This document shows, in pieces, positions 1-10,220 of a stretch of DNA of 64,000 nt (position 1 is its first letter; each line of letters begins with the position of its first letter). This DNA is from Elusimicrobiota bacterium (GTDB lineage Bacteria > Elusimicrobiota > Elusimicrobia > FEN-1173). Location of the stretch: the NCBI GenBank assembly GCA_041917295.1, contig JAYRXX010000006.1, positions 16,876 through 80,875 on the forward strand, in the 5' to 3' direction. A program made the translations under genes and the position numbers. The notes below the pieces were generated by a model. It made no database searches and was not told the DNA's origin. It saw only the letters and a list, made by a program, of their open reading frames with translations.

Positions 1-76
1 CGACCAACGCGGCCGCGGTAAACGCCGCGCCCACCACCGCGTCCCACCCCAACCGCTTGCGAAGGGAAGCGTCCAT
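1..76 (-). CDS. 5' part of a probable membrane protein running off the window (MDASLRKRLGWDAVVGAAFTAAALV...)
   Basis: ATG at 76-74, 4 nt after the stop of the cNMP-binding gene; basic N-terminus then a hydrophobic stretch; frame open to the window edge. Confidence 0.4.
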   Translation of the reverse strand, partial: MDASLRKRLGWDAVVGAAFTAAALV

Positions 77-80
77 TTCG

Positions 81-533
81 TTAGGCCGGGCGGGGTCCCG
101 CTCCGAACGCCTGGGCCTTCAGCCGTTTGCGTTCAGCAATTTTTTCCCGCAGGGACAGTTCCAGCCCCGGGTTTTCCCGCAAAAACCGTTTGAAGGTGTC
201 GTGGGGAAGCATCAACACTTCCGTGTCGTCGGCCGACGAGCGGATGGTCACATCGCAGGTGGTTGAATCCAACAGCGAAATTTCACCGAAGAAATCCCCC
301 GCCTTGAGATCCCCCAAACAGGCCTTACCCACGCCGGATTTGGCGAACACCTGGGCGCTCCCGCTTTTTAGAATGAAGAAGTTGTGGTTTATTTCCCCTT
401 GAAAAACGACCGTTTGGTCTTTTTTAAAGGTTTGGTGGGTCAGCTCCGACGTGATTTGGCGTATTTTGTCGTCGCTGAAATACGATAAGATATTAACGTT
501 TCTTTTGATGAACAGCGTGTCGTCGAACGGCAT
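81..533 (-). CDS. Stand-alone cyclic nucleotide-binding domain protein
   Basis: 150 aa with cNMP-binding pattern: VVFQGE...FFILKSGSAQV...LKAGDFFGEISLL...TIRS. Confidence 0.85.
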   Translation of the reverse strand: MPFDDTLFIKRNVNILSYFSDDKIRQITSELTHQTFKKDQTVVFQGEINHNFFILKSGSAQVFAKSGVGKACLGDLKAGDFFGEISLLDSTTCDVTIRSSADDTEVLMLPHDTFKRFLRENPGLELSLREKIAERKRLKAQAFGAGPRPA

Positions 534-567
534 ACCGCCCTCCCCTGTGGGGTCAGGCGGGGGGCGA

Positions 568-2268
568 TTATCCCCTTTTTTTCAAGAGGATCCCGGCCGC
601 CTGATCCAGTGCCACGTCCATGGATTCTTTGGCGTGGCGCGCTTTGATTTCAACCTGACCCAACGCCAATTTTTTTTCTCCAACAGTGATCCGCCAGGGA
701 ATCCCCAGCAAATCCGCGTCTTTAAATTTCACGCCGGCCCGCTGGTCCCGGTCGTCCATTAAGACGTCCAGCCCGGCGGCAACCAACTCTTTTTCCAACC
801 GCTCGGCCGCGGCCATAACCCCGGGCTCGGCGGTGTTCAAGGGCAAAATCAAGGCGTCAAACGGCGCCAGAGACGGCGGCCACACGATGCCCTCGGCATC
901 GCTCGACTGCTCAATCGCGGCCGCCACCACGCGGCTAACCCCGATGCCGTAACACCCCATGATGAAGGGAGACTTCGTCCCCTTTTCGTTCAAGAACCCC
1001 GCGTTCATGGATGTAGAATATTTGGTCCCCAACTTAAACGCGTGGCCCACTTCGATGCCCTTGAAGAAGCATAATGCAGATTTGCATTTTGGGCAAGGGT
1101 CTTTTTCAATGACCTGCCGCAAGTCTGCAATTTGGGCGGGAGTGAAGTCCCGGCCGGGATTGACGTTGCGCAAATGAAAATCCGTTTTGTTGGCGCCGGT
1201 CACGCCGTTTACGACGGACATAACGCTGTGATCGGCCAACACCGGGACGCTGAGCCCCACCGGTCCGGCAAACCCCGGCTCGCACGACGCGGTTTGACGG
1301 TACACGTCGTCGCCCGCTTTAAAGAGGAGTTTGGCTCCCAGCACCCGCTTCAGTTTGTGTTCGTTGAGTTCGTGATCGCCGCGCACCAGGGCCACCACCG
1401 GTTTTCCGTCAGCCACATAAAAAACGGTCTTGATAATTTTCGACGCGGACACGTTTAATAATCGCGACACGGCCTCCACCGCCCCAACCCCGGGCGTGGC
1501 CACGTCGTCCATCGGCAGGAGAGCAACGGTCGAAGGACCGTCGGTCGAATGTCCACATTCAGCCCGTTCGACGTTGGCGGCGTATCCGCAGGAAGAACAG
1601 GCCGCAATGGTTTCTTCTCCCGTGTCGGCCAGAACCATAAACTCGTGGGAAAAATTGCCGCCGATGGTGCCGGTGTCGGCCTCGACAGGACGGAATTTCA
1701 GTCCGCAACGCTGAAAAATCCGCGTGTAGGCGTCCAAGGCGTCACGGTAGGTGGCCTCGGCGCTGGCGTCATCGGCGTGAAAGGAATAGGCGTCTTTCAT
1801 ATAAAATTCACGAGCCCGCATCACCCCGAACCGAGGTCGAATTTCGTCTCGAAACTTGGTTCCGAACTGGTAGAGCAACAACGGCAATTCCCGGTAAGAC
1901 CGCACTTCCCGGCGAACCAAATCGGTGATCACTTCTTCCGCCGTGGGGGCCAAACAAAATTCGGTGTCCTTGCGGTCCCGCAGGCGAAGCATCTCTTTTC
2001 CATACTGCTGCCAACGGCCGGTTTCCTCCCACAGGTTTTTGGGTTGAACCACCGGCAACCACACTTCCTGGCCGCCGATGCGATCCATTTCTTCCCGCAC
2101 GATCCGTTCCACCCGACGCAGAACCCGCAACCCCACAGGCAACCATTCGTAGAGCCCGCTGGCCACTTTGCGGATCATTCCGGCCCTCAACATCAGGCGC
2201 GCCGAAACGGTATCGGCGTCGGAGGGCAAATCTTTCAGGGTGGGCAACAAAAATCGGGACAATCGCAT
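568..2268 (-). CDS. proS: Proline--tRNA ligase (bacterial type with editing insertion)
   Basis: MRLSRFLLPTLK start (ATG 2268; the ORF-track extension overlaps rseP); FCLAPTAEE, RDEIRPRFGVMRAREF, IEVGHAFKLGTKYS, MGCYGIGVSR motifs. Confidence 0.97.
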   Translation of the reverse strand: MRLSRFLLPTLKDLPSDADTVSARLMLRAGMIRKVASGLYEWLPVGLRVLRRVERIVREEMDRIGGQEVWLPVVQPKNLWEETGRWQQYGKEMLRLRDRKDTEFCLAPTAEEVITDLVRREVRSYRELPLLLYQFGTKFRDEIRPRFGVMRAREFYMKDAYSFHADDASAEATYRDALDAYTRIFQRCGLKFRPVEADTGTIGGNFSHEFMVLADTGEETIAACSSCGYAANVERAECGHSTDGPSTVALLPMDDVATPGVGAVEAVSRLLNVSASKIIKTVFYVADGKPVVALVRGDHELNEHKLKRVLGAKLLFKAGDDVYRQTASCEPGFAGPVGLSVPVLADHSVMSVVNGVTGANKTDFHLRNVNPGRDFTPAQIADLRQVIEKDPCPKCKSALCFFKGIEVGHAFKLGTKYSTSMNAGFLNEKGTKSPFIMGCYGIGVSRVVAAAIEQSSDAEGIVWPPSLAPFDALILPLNTAEPGVMAAAERLEKELVAAGLDVLMDDRDQRAGVKFKDADLLGIPWRITVGEKKLALGQVEIKARHAKESMDVALDQAAGILLKKRG

Positions 2269-2269
2269 T

Positions 2270-3349
2270 TTACTTGTCCTCCCCGACGGATTCGGCCGCC
2301 GGCTTGGTTCGCAACCGCTGAACATCGGATACCGTGGCGAACAACAAGATGCCCAGCAACACCGACAGTCCCGCCACATTGGCCACCTGGGCCGCCCGGC
2401 GGCTCACCGGACGACGGGTGATCCCCTCCCACAGGAAAAACATAAAATGCCCTCCGTCCAACATGGGAATCGGAAACAGATTAAACAACCCGATCCCCAA
2501 CGAAATAAGTGCAATAAGAAACAGGTAATCCTGAATGCCGCTACGGGTGGACTTGCTGATCACACTGGCGATCCCGATGGGACCGGCCAAATCGGGTTTT
2601 TCTCGATTAACCACCTTGTCTTTCAAATACGACAGCGTGTGGACCGTCCAGTAAACGGTCTGTTGGCCCCCCGCCTGGAGAGCCGCCCCCAACGGCAGGG
2701 GGGTTAAGAGGACGGACGGTGAAATGCCAATCAACCCTTGGTTTCCGGAACCCCGAACCGGCACCACCTCAAACGACCGTTCCTCTCCGCCGCGACGTAC
2801 AACCAAGGCAACAGGAGATTCGGGACTTTTGTGAATCCGTTCCGCCACATCGGTCCAAGCGGCCACTGGCTCGCCGTTGACGCTGAGAATCCGATCGCCG
2901 GAAAGGAGCCCCGCCGTTTTGGCTGGGTAAGAGTCCACCAGGTCCCCCACCACGGGCTCTGTGGACGGTTTCGGTTGCCCCCACAACAAGAAAACAAAAC
3001 TGAAAACAACGTAGGCCAAAACGTAGTTCATCGCGGGCCCCGCCAGCACGATGGGGATCCGTCGATACCAGGGTTTGGCGTAAAAATCCCGGGAATCTCG
3101 AACAGCCCCGGGGTCCGCACCGGGTTCCATTTCCCCGGCCATACGAACTTCGCCACCCAACGGGATCCAGGCGATGCAATAGCGTGTTTCCCCCCACTGA
3201 AACCCCCACAGTTCGGGCCCCAGCCCAAACGAAAACCGGTCCACGCGCACGCCGGTTTTTTTGGCCACAATAAAATGCCCAAACTCATGAACAAAAATCA
3301 CAATCCCAAACGCCACCACAACACCCAACGCCCCGAGCAAGAAACTCAT
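2270..3349 (-). CDS. rseP: RIP metalloprotease RseP (site-2 protease with PDZ domain)
   Basis: HEFGH zinc motif, NLFPIPMLDGGH motif, PDZ segment; usual dxr-rseP-proS synteny. Confidence 0.95.
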   Translation of the reverse strand: MSFLLGALGVVVAFGIVIFVHEFGHFIVAKKTGVRVDRFSFGLGPELWGFQWGETRYCIAWIPLGGEVRMAGEMEPGADPGAVRDSRDFYAKPWYRRIPIVLAGPAMNYVLAYVVFSFVFLLWGQPKPSTEPVVGDLVDSYPAKTAGLLSGDRILSVNGEPVAAWTDVAERIHKSPESPVALVVRRGGEERSFEVVPVRGSGNQGLIGISPSVLLTPLPLGAALQAGGQQTVYWTVHTLSYLKDKVVNREKPDLAGPIGIASVISKSTRSGIQDYLFLIALISLGIGLFNLFPIPMLDGGHFMFFLWEGITRRPVSRRAAQVANVAGLSVLLGILLFATVSDVQRLRTKPAAESVGEDK

Positions 3350-3433
3350 ATCAATTCCCCTTTAGTCCTTGAATCGACAAATAAATAAAACCGCTCCACC
3401 ATCGGGCTCGCCGTCCGATCCCATTCTATAATT

Positions 3434-6142
3434 TTAGCCTCTTTTAGTCCGGACCAAATACCGCTTGACCCCTTTTTCCACTTCCACCGCAAAGAACACA
3501 ACCGACGACAGCGCAAGGGTGAACGCCAACTCGTGAGCCGTCAACGCCTCGGTCCTAAAAATCGGTTGCACGAATGGCACGTAAATTGTCGCCATCTGCA
3601 ACGCAAAGGTCAAAAGAAACGCTCCCACGAGAGGCATGTTGGAGAAGACCCCTTGGGTGAAGATCGACTGTGTGTTGGACCGTATGGCCAAGACATGTCC
3701 CATCTGGCTCAAACAAAGGACCGTAAACGCCATGGTTTGCCAGTGGGCATGGCCCGTGTGTATGGACCAGGCCTGCGTGAAGATGGTCGAAAATCCCATG
3801 AGCAACCCAACCCACAGGGTGTGAGCGCCGAGACCCTGGGCGAAAATGCTTTCCTGGGGATGTCGGGGCGGCCTGTCCATGAGGCCTTTCTCGGCGGGTT
3901 CGGCCGATAGTGCCAGACCGGGAAGACCGTCCGTTACCAAATTGATCCACAAAATATGGATCGGCAGGAGTGGAATCGGCAGGCCCAGCAATGGCGCCAG
4001 AAATATCGCCCAAATTTCACCGGAATTTCCGGTCATCGCATACTTGATGAACTTACGGATGTTGTCAAAGATTCGCCGCCCTTCTTTGACGGATTTGACG
4101 ATGGTCGCAAAATTATCGTCCAGGAGGATCATGTGACCGGCCTCTTTTGAAACGTCCGTGCCGGTAATGCCCATCGCCACGCCGATGTCGGCCCGTCGCA
4201 AGGCCGGCGCATCGTTCACCCCGTCGCCGGTCATGGCCACGAAATGCCCCTTATCTTGGAGGGCTTTCACAATATCGAGTTTCTGGTCGGGGTCAACGCG
4301 CGCGTAGACCCGGATGTGTTCCACGCGATCCTCGAACTCCTCTGGGGTTAACTTTGCGAGTTCTCGACCCGTCATAACAGTCCCAGGATGGTTATCAATA
4401 ATACCCAACCGTTGGGCGATGGCCCCCGCGGTGATGGGGTGGTCGCCGGTGATCATGACCGGGGCAATGCCGGCGCTTTTGCAAAGGCGGATAGCCTCTT
4501 TCGCCTCTTCCCGGGGCGGGTCCATCATGCCAACCAACCCCACAAAGGTCAGGCCGGATTCCATAATTTCAGGCGAAAAATCCGTCGGTCGACCAGGCCA
4601 TCGACGCATGGCAACGGCCAAAACCCGCAACCCCCGCGACGCCATGGCCCCGTTGGCGTTAATAATTTCTTCGGTGTCCAAACCAACAACTCCATGGGAC
4701 CGCAGACAATCCTTGGATTTCGCCAAAAGCACATCCGGAGCGCCTTTGGTAAACGAGACATAACCGTCGCCGCCATCGGCGTTTTTGACCGGATGGAGGG
4801 TCGTCATGCATTTTCGATCGGAGTCGAAAGGGATTTCGCCCACCCGGGGGAAATCTTTCTCGAGCCGCGCCTTATCGAAACCGGCGTTCTTGGCCGCCAC
4901 ATAGGGGGCTGTCTCCGAGGGGTCCCCCAAGGGTTTGCCGGATGCATCCTCGCGCACATCATTGTTTAAGGCCAACGCCGTCATCAACAAGGCCGACGGG
5001 TGGCCCAACGATTCCAGAGGAGGCGGGGGCGTCATTTTTATCGACCACAGGGAGGGGCTCTGTGCGTCCACAAACAACTCTTCCACGGTCATTTTATTGA
5101 GGGTCAGGGTACCGGTTTTGTCGGAACAGATGTACGTGATCGATCCCAGGGTTTCCACCGCCGGCAACTTCCGAATAAGGGCATTTTGCCTGACCATTTT
5201 ACGCGCCCCCAACGCCAGAGAAATCGTCACCACCGCGGGAAGAGCCTCCGGTATCGCCGCCACGGCCAGGGAAATGGCCGTGAGAAGCATCGTTAAGGGG
5301 GGCTCTCCTTGGACCAAACCAACGGTAAAAACGACCGCGCAAATGGCCAACACCACCAGGGCCAGTTTGGTTCCAAACCGGGCCAGTCTTTTTTGGAGGG
5401 GTGTTTTTTCCTCTTCGCCTTCTTGCAACAGGGTGGCGATCCGACCCAATTCCGTTTCCATACCGGTGGAGACAACCACCCCGGCCCCGCGCCCGTAGGT
5501 AACGAACGTCCCCTTGAAAGCCATATTTTTCCTGTCGCCCAAGGAAGCCGTGGCGTCCGGGATCGGCGCGGTGTCTTTTTCAACGGGCACGGATTCCCCT
5601 GTCAAAGCGGATTCGTCGATCTTCAATCTCGCCGACTGGATAAGCCGCATATCGGCGGCGATAACATTTCCGGCATCCAGGAGAACGACATCGCCCGGCA
5701 CGATCGCGTGGGCAGAAATGGTCGAGGCGGTTCCGTTTCGGACAGCGATGGTGGAAGGCGCCGCCATTTTTTTGAGGGCGGCCATGGCCTTTTCCGCTCG
5801 ATATTCCTGGACAAACCCGATCAAGGCGTTGAGCACGACGATCACGGCGATGGCAATGGTGTCGGCCATTTCTCCGATAACACCCGCCACGATGGCCGAC
5901 GCGATGAGAACGAGGATCATGAAATCCTTAAATTGTTCAAGAAACATGACCAGGGGGATTTTTTTCTTCTTTTCTTGAAGGGCGTTGGGACCAAACTCCG
6001 CCAATCGGCTGGACGCCTGCTCGGCGGTAAGACCAACCGCCGTGTCGGTTCCCAACCGGCGGACGACCCCACCCATGTCGTCCACGTGCCAGGGACCGCC
6101 GGCGTGTTTCATCGAATAACCCTCATAGGATGAATCGGCCAT
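3434..6142 (-). CDS. Cation-transporting P-type ATPase, Ca2+-type (IIA-like)
   Basis: DKTGTLT phosphorylation site, TGES, IPEALP, MITGDH, GDGVNDAPAL, WINLVTDGLP; start set at MADSS (6142) because the longer ORF overlaps dxr. Confidence 0.93.
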   Translation of the reverse strand: MADSSYEGYSMKHAGGPWHVDDMGGVVRRLGTDTAVGLTAEQASSRLAEFGPNALQEKKKKIPLVMFLEQFKDFMILVLIASAIVAGVIGEMADTIAIAVIVVLNALIGFVQEYRAEKAMAALKKMAAPSTIAVRNGTASTISAHAIVPGDVVLLDAGNVIAADMRLIQSARLKIDESALTGESVPVEKDTAPIPDATASLGDRKNMAFKGTFVTYGRGAGVVVSTGMETELGRIATLLQEGEEEKTPLQKRLARFGTKLALVVLAICAVVFTVGLVQGEPPLTMLLTAISLAVAAIPEALPAVVTISLALGARKMVRQNALIRKLPAVETLGSITYICSDKTGTLTLNKMTVEELFVDAQSPSLWSIKMTPPPPLESLGHPSALLMTALALNNDVREDASGKPLGDPSETAPYVAAKNAGFDKARLEKDFPRVGEIPFDSDRKCMTTLHPVKNADGGDGYVSFTKGAPDVLLAKSKDCLRSHGVVGLDTEEIINANGAMASRGLRVLAVAMRRWPGRPTDFSPEIMESGLTFVGLVGMMDPPREEAKEAIRLCKSAGIAPVMITGDHPITAGAIAQRLGIIDNHPGTVMTGRELAKLTPEEFEDRVEHIRVYARVDPDQKLDIVKALQDKGHFVAMTGDGVNDAPALRRADIGVAMGITGTDVSKEAGHMILLDDNFATIVKSVKEGRRIFDNIRKFIKYAMTGNSGEIWAIFLAPLLGLPIPLLPIHILWINLVTDGLPGLALSAEPAEKGLMDRPPRHPQESIFAQGLGAHTLWVGLLMGFSTIFTQAWSIHTGHAHWQTMAFTVLCLSQMGHVLAIRSNTQSIFTQGVFSNMPLVGAFLLTFALQMATIYVPFVQPIFRTEALTAHELAFTLALSSVVFFAVEVEKGVKRYLVRTKRG

Positions 6143-6168
6143 GGGGACTCTCTTGAGAAAAAATAGGC

Positions 6169-7350
6169 CTACTTGAGGTGGGTCAACGCGTCGTGGGCGG
6201 CTCGACGCGCCCATTGGTCAGCGGCCAAAACATCGTCCAGGGACAACGGGTTCCCCTGGGCGCGATAACCGTCCATCACCCGCCGACAAATTTTGGGTAT
6301 GTCCATAAAACCCGCCTGGCCATGAATAAACGCTTTCACCGCCACTTCGTTGCCCGCGTTGAAAACCGCCGGCCACAAACCGCCCCGACGGCCCGCGTCC
6401 AACGCGATGGACAACGATGGAAACCGTTGAAACTGGGGTCGAAAAAATTCCAACGTTCGAATTTCCTCCAGTTCCAACGGCCGCACCGGCGTGGGCCGAC
6501 GATCGGGAAACGTGAGGGCGTATTGAATGGGCAATCGCATGTCCGGGTGGGACAGTTGGGCCAGCATGGACCCGTCGTCAAACTCCACCAACGAATGAAC
6601 GATGGATTGGGGATGAATCACAATATCGATGCGGTCCATGGGCACGCCAAACAAATGGTGGGCTTCAATGGCTTCCAAGCCTTTGTTGGTTAAGGTGGCG
6701 CAATCAACGGTTATTTTTTTGCCCATTTTCCAGGTGGGGTGGTTGAGGGCCTGCGCCACACCCACGCGCGCCAGGGACCCTTTATGCCGATAAAAGGCCC
6801 CGCCCGACGCCGTCAAAATGAGACGTCGAACCCCTGGCCCCGGCCCCGTGCGCCCGCCCAAGCATTGGAAGAGGGCAGAATGTTCACTGTCCACAGGGAT
6901 CACCCGGGCTCCGGACCGACGGGCGGTTTCCATCACCAGATCGCCGGCGACAATCAACGCTTCTTTGTTGGCCAACGCCACATTTTTTCCGGCCCGCAAC
7001 GCGGCCAACAAGGGCCGCAGACCCACCGCGCCGACGACAGCCGAAAGCACCAAATCAACCCGGGGAACAACGGCGGATTCCAACAATCCGTCCACCCCCG
7101 ACCCGACGCGGAGTCGAAGCTTATTCCCCCGCGCCCAACGGCTTAACGGGGCCACCGCCGCCGGATCGCCCACCACGGCCCGGGACGGTCGAAATTCGAC
7201 GATTTGTTTTTTAAGAAGGTCCACGTTGGAATGGGCCGACAACCCTTCCACACGAACAGCCCCCCCTGCCCGGTTCAACCGCCGAACCACGTCCAACGCG
7301 TTGACCCCAATGGAACCGGTGGACCCCCACACAGCCAAAACCCGTTTCAT
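6169..7350 (-). CDS. dxr: 1-deoxy-D-xylulose 5-phosphate reductoisomerase
   Basis: WGSTGSIG, LANKE, PVDSEHSA, HPTWKMGKKIT, HPQSIVHS motifs; ATG at 7350 overlaps the cdsA stop. Confidence 0.97.
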   Translation of the reverse strand: MKRVLAVWGSTGSIGVNALDVVRRLNRAGGAVRVEGLSAHSNVDLLKKQIVEFRPSRAVVGDPAAVAPLSRWARGNKLRLRVGSGVDGLLESAVVPRVDLVLSAVVGAVGLRPLLAALRAGKNVALANKEALIVAGDLVMETARRSGARVIPVDSEHSALFQCLGGRTGPGPGVRRLILTASGGAFYRHKGSLARVGVAQALNHPTWKMGKKITVDCATLTNKGLEAIEAHHLFGVPMDRIDIVIHPQSIVHSLVEFDDGSMLAQLSHPDMRLPIQYALTFPDRRPTPVRPLELEEIRTLEFFRPQFQRFPSLSIALDAGRRGGLWPAVFNAGNEVAVKAFIHGQAGFMDIPKICRRVMDGYRAQGNPLSLDDVLAADQWARRAAHDALTHLK

Positions 7351-8198
7351 CCCACTTTCCCTACAGAAATCATGTAAAAATACAAAAACGGAGCCGTAAG
7401 CAAAAAAGAGTCGAACCGGTCTAAAACGCCCCCGTGCCCGGGCAACAGGGCCGACGAATCTTTCACCCCGAAACACCGTTTCAATAACGATTCCATTAAA
7501 TCCGACATTTGGGCAAGAATCCCCAACACGGCCGCCAAAACCATTATTTCCCACCGCCCAAAAAGATCTTTCATGAACAGTTCACGCAACGCAAGGGAAA
7601 TCAAGATTCCCGCCACCCATCCGCCCGCCGCGCCTTCCCACGATTTTTTTGGGCTGATGGCGGGGGCCATTCGATGTTTGCCCAGGGCCAACCCCACCCC
7701 GTAGGCAGCCGAATCCTGGGTCCAGATCAACACCACCAAAAACAACGCCGCCCAGGCGCCACCGTTCATTAAAGCCGCGTTGGGCCCGCGCAAATCGCGC
7801 AGAAGGGCAAAATAGCCCAGGGGCCAAACGATGAGCAAAATGCCGGTCAGAGACATGGCCAGCCGAACAACCGCAAGACCTTTGTCTCTGCGAACCATTT
7901 CCCGTGCCACCAACACCGCCATCGCGCTCATGACAGTAAACGCGGGCGCTTGGGCCGCAAAGGGCACACCGGGCCGAACGCCCGGAATGACCATTGACAC
8001 GGCCACCGCCGCACCCGCGGCAATGCCCCACGCGCCTTGAGTGGCGTGGCCGCCTTCTTCCGCAATTTGGTGGAATTCCCAGAGAGCCAACAAAATCAGC
8101 AGGAACATAAATACAAAAAAAGGAAGGGACCCCAGATAGAGCACCCACAAAAACACGGGCGCCATCACCAACGCGGTCAAAACGCGAGGCAACAACAT
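7347..8198 (-). CDS. cdsA: Phosphatidate cytidylyltransferase
   Basis: Multi-TM; DSAAY.VG, ISPKKSWEG, DLMESLLKR..GVKDS..LLPGHGGVLDRFDS signature. Confidence 0.95.
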   Translation of the reverse strand: MLLPRVLTALVMAPVFLWVLYLGSLPFFVFMFLLILLALWEFHQIAEEGGHATQGAWGIAAGAAVAVSMVIPGVRPGVPFAAQAPAFTVMSAMAVLVAREMVRRDKGLAVVRLAMSLTGILLIVWPLGYFALLRDLRGPNAALMNGGAWAALFLVVLIWTQDSAAYGVGLALGKHRMAPAISPKKSWEGAAGGWVAGILISLALRELFMKDLFGRWEIMVLAAVLGILAQMSDLMESLLKRCFGVKDSSALLPGHGGVLDRFDSFLLTAPFLYFYMISVGKVG

Positions 8199-8199
8199 G

Positions 8200-8913
8200 T
8201 CACGCCTTTCCGAAGCGGCGTTGTCGCCGCTGGTAATCCTGCAAGGCGGCCAAGTAGGCCTCCCTCCGAAAGTCGGGCCAGTAGGTGGGGGTCACGTGAA
8301 TCTCCGTGTAGGCACACTGCCACAGCAGAAAGTTGGACAAACGATATTCTCCCGATGTTCGAATCAATAAATCCGGGTCGGGAAGCGGAGCGGTTTGCAT
8401 GTGCCCCGACAGGCTTTCTTCCGTTAATTCCTTGCCGGCTGAAACCACCGCTTTCGCGGCGTCCACAATTTCTTGGCGGCCCCCGTAATTCAGCGCCAGG
8501 GTTAACACCACGCCCCGATTGTCTTTAAGCCGATCCATGGTTTGGTGGAGTGATTTTTGAACCGAGGCGGGCAAAGCCTCAATACGCCCGATGGTGCGCA
8601 ACCGAACGCCGTTTTTGTCCAGTTCGTCCGCCTCCCGCCGCAACGTGCGCGCCAAAAGGGCCATCAGGCCGCGCACTTCATCAGTGGACCGGGCCCAATT
8701 TTCGGTTGAAAACGCAAACAACGTTAAGGCCTTTATCCCCCATTCACCTGACAACCGCACCGTTTCCCTCACGCTTTCCGCCCCGGCCCGATGGCCTAAT
8801 AATCGAGGCAACCCCCGCTGTTTCGCCCATCGACCGTTACCGTCCATAATGACGGCCACATGGTGGGGAATTTTGGACGGGTCCAGGCCCGCGGGAACAG
8901 ACGGGGACGTCAA
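8200..8913 (-). CDS. uppS: Undecaprenyl diphosphate synthase
   Basis: HVAVIMDGNGRWA, FSTENW, PDLLIRTSGEYRLSNFLLWQ; TTG start overlapping the frr stop. Confidence 0.96.
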   Translation of the reverse strand: MTSPSVPAGLDPSKIPHHVAVIMDGNGRWAKQRGLPRLLGHRAGAESVRETVRLSGEWGIKALTLFAFSTENWARSTDEVRGLMALLARTLRREADELDKNGVRLRTIGRIEALPASVQKSLHQTMDRLKDNRGVVLTLALNYGGRQEIVDAAKAVVSAGKELTEESLSGHMQTAPLPDPDLLIRTSGEYRLSNFLLWQCAYTEIHVTPTYWPDFRREAYLAALQDYQRRQRRFGKA

Positions 8914-9485
8914 ACCGTCAAAATCTCCTTTTCCTTGGCGGCCAAGGTGTCGTCCACCTTTTTGATGTAAAGATCGGTTACTCCCTGCAACGCGCCCTCG
9001 GCCGACTTGCGCTGGTCTTCGGTTAACACTTTGTCTTTTTCTGCTTTTTTGATTTTTTCCATGGCGTCCCGCCGATCGTTGCGGATGGCTACGCGGAAAT
9101 CCTCGGCCAATTTACGAACCACTTTGACCATCTCTTTGCGCCGCTCTTCCGTGAGCATGGGAATCACCAAACGAATCAGTTTGCCGTCGTTGTTGGGGGT
9201 TAATTTCAAGTCGGACAATTGAATGGCCTTTTCAATGGCTTGCAGAGCGCCGGCGTCCCAGGGCTTGATCTCGATGGTCCGGCCGTCGGGAACGCTCACG
9301 GCGGCCACTTGTTTCATGGGGGTCATCGTGCCGTAATATTCAACTTTGATGTGGTCCAGCAGGTTCCCCGTGGCCCGGCCCGATCGAATCGAGCTGAGTT
9401 CCTGGCCTAATTTTTCAAGGGATTTAACCATTTTGTCTTCGGCCTCTTTGAAAGCCGGTTGAAGAGCGGGAGGAATGTTTGACAT
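8910..9485 (-). CDS. frr: Ribosome recycling factor
   Basis: IRSGRA, VEYYG, PNNDGKLIRL.IP.LTEERRKE motifs. Confidence 0.97.
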   Translation of the reverse strand: MSNIPPALQPAFKEAEDKMVKSLEKLGQELSSIRSGRATGNLLDHIKVEYYGTMTPMKQVAAVSVPDGRTIEIKPWDAGALQAIEKAIQLSDLKLTPNNDGKLIRLVIPMLTEERRKEMVKVVRKLAEDFRVAIRNDRRDAMEKIKKAEKDKVLTEDQRKSAEGALQGVTDLYIKKVDDTLAAKEKEILTV

Positions 9486-9497
9486 GGGAGGAGTCCT

Positions 9498-10217
9498 TTA
9501 CGGAGTGACCAGCGTTCCGACGTTTTCGCCCGCAATGGCCCGACGAATGTTGCCGGGCCCTTTCAAGCTGAAAACGCGCACGGGAATTTTATTTTCCAAA
9601 CAAAGGGACAAGGCTGTCGCGTCCATGACACCCAACTGGTCGCGCAAGGCCTGCAACAACGTCAGCGTTGCGTATTTTTTGGCCGAGGGGTCCCGGTGCG
9701 GATCCGCGGTGTAAACGCCGTCGACCTGGGTGGCTTTCAACACCGCCGAGGCCTCGATTTCCGACGCCCGCAGGGCCGCGGCGGTATCCGTTGAGAAAAA
9801 CGGATTTCCGGTCCCCGCGGCGAACACCACGATCCGGCCCTTTTCCAAATGGCGAATGGCGCGACGACGGATGTAGGGTTCGGCCACTTTCGCCACTTCC
9901 ATAGCCGACATGACCCGCGTGGGTGCTCCCATTTTTTCCAGCGCATCCTGAAGCGCCAGGGCGTTGACCAACGTGGCCAACATGCCCATCTGGTCGGAAA
10001 TGACCCGGTCCAGTTCTTTGCCCTGGCCGCGGCCGCCCCGCCAAATGTTGCCGCCCCCCACCACCACGGCGATCTGATGTTGGGCTTTTCGGGCCGAACT
10101 CAGTTCCCGAGCAATCTCAAACAGGGCGTCCACATCAATGCCGCCCTGCCCCCGACCCAACAGGGCCTCCCCGGACAACTTTAAAACAACCCGTCTTACC
10201 CGCGGGGTTCGGGGCAC
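9498..10217 (-). CDS. pyrH: UMP kinase
   Basis: LKLSGEAL, VVGGGNIWRG, AGTGNPFFSTDTAAALRA motifs. Confidence 0.97.
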   Translation of the reverse strand: MPRTPRVRRVVLKLSGEALLGRGQGGIDVDALFEIARELSSARKAQHQIAVVVGGGNIWRGGRGQGKELDRVISDQMGMLATLVNALALQDALEKMGAPTRVMSAMEVAKVAEPYIRRRAIRHLEKGRIVVFAAGTGNPFFSTDTAAALRASEIEASAVLKATQVDGVYTADPHRDPSAKKYATLTLLQALRDQLGVMDATALSLCLENKIPVRVFSLKGPGNIRRAIAGENVGTLVTP

Positions 10218-10220
10218 GAT

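Noticed and set aside
57-266. ORF ending in IAGG as the missing ThiS/CysO sulfur carrier
   Set aside because: Antisense to the cNMP-binding gene and lacks the beta-grasp pattern; the GG end is chance.
1549-2421. Long antisense or shadow ORFs (also 5309-6133, 11041-11907, 44505-45368 and many others)
   Set aside because: They lie opposite or out of frame to well-supported genes in GC-rich DNA and have no recognisable motifs.
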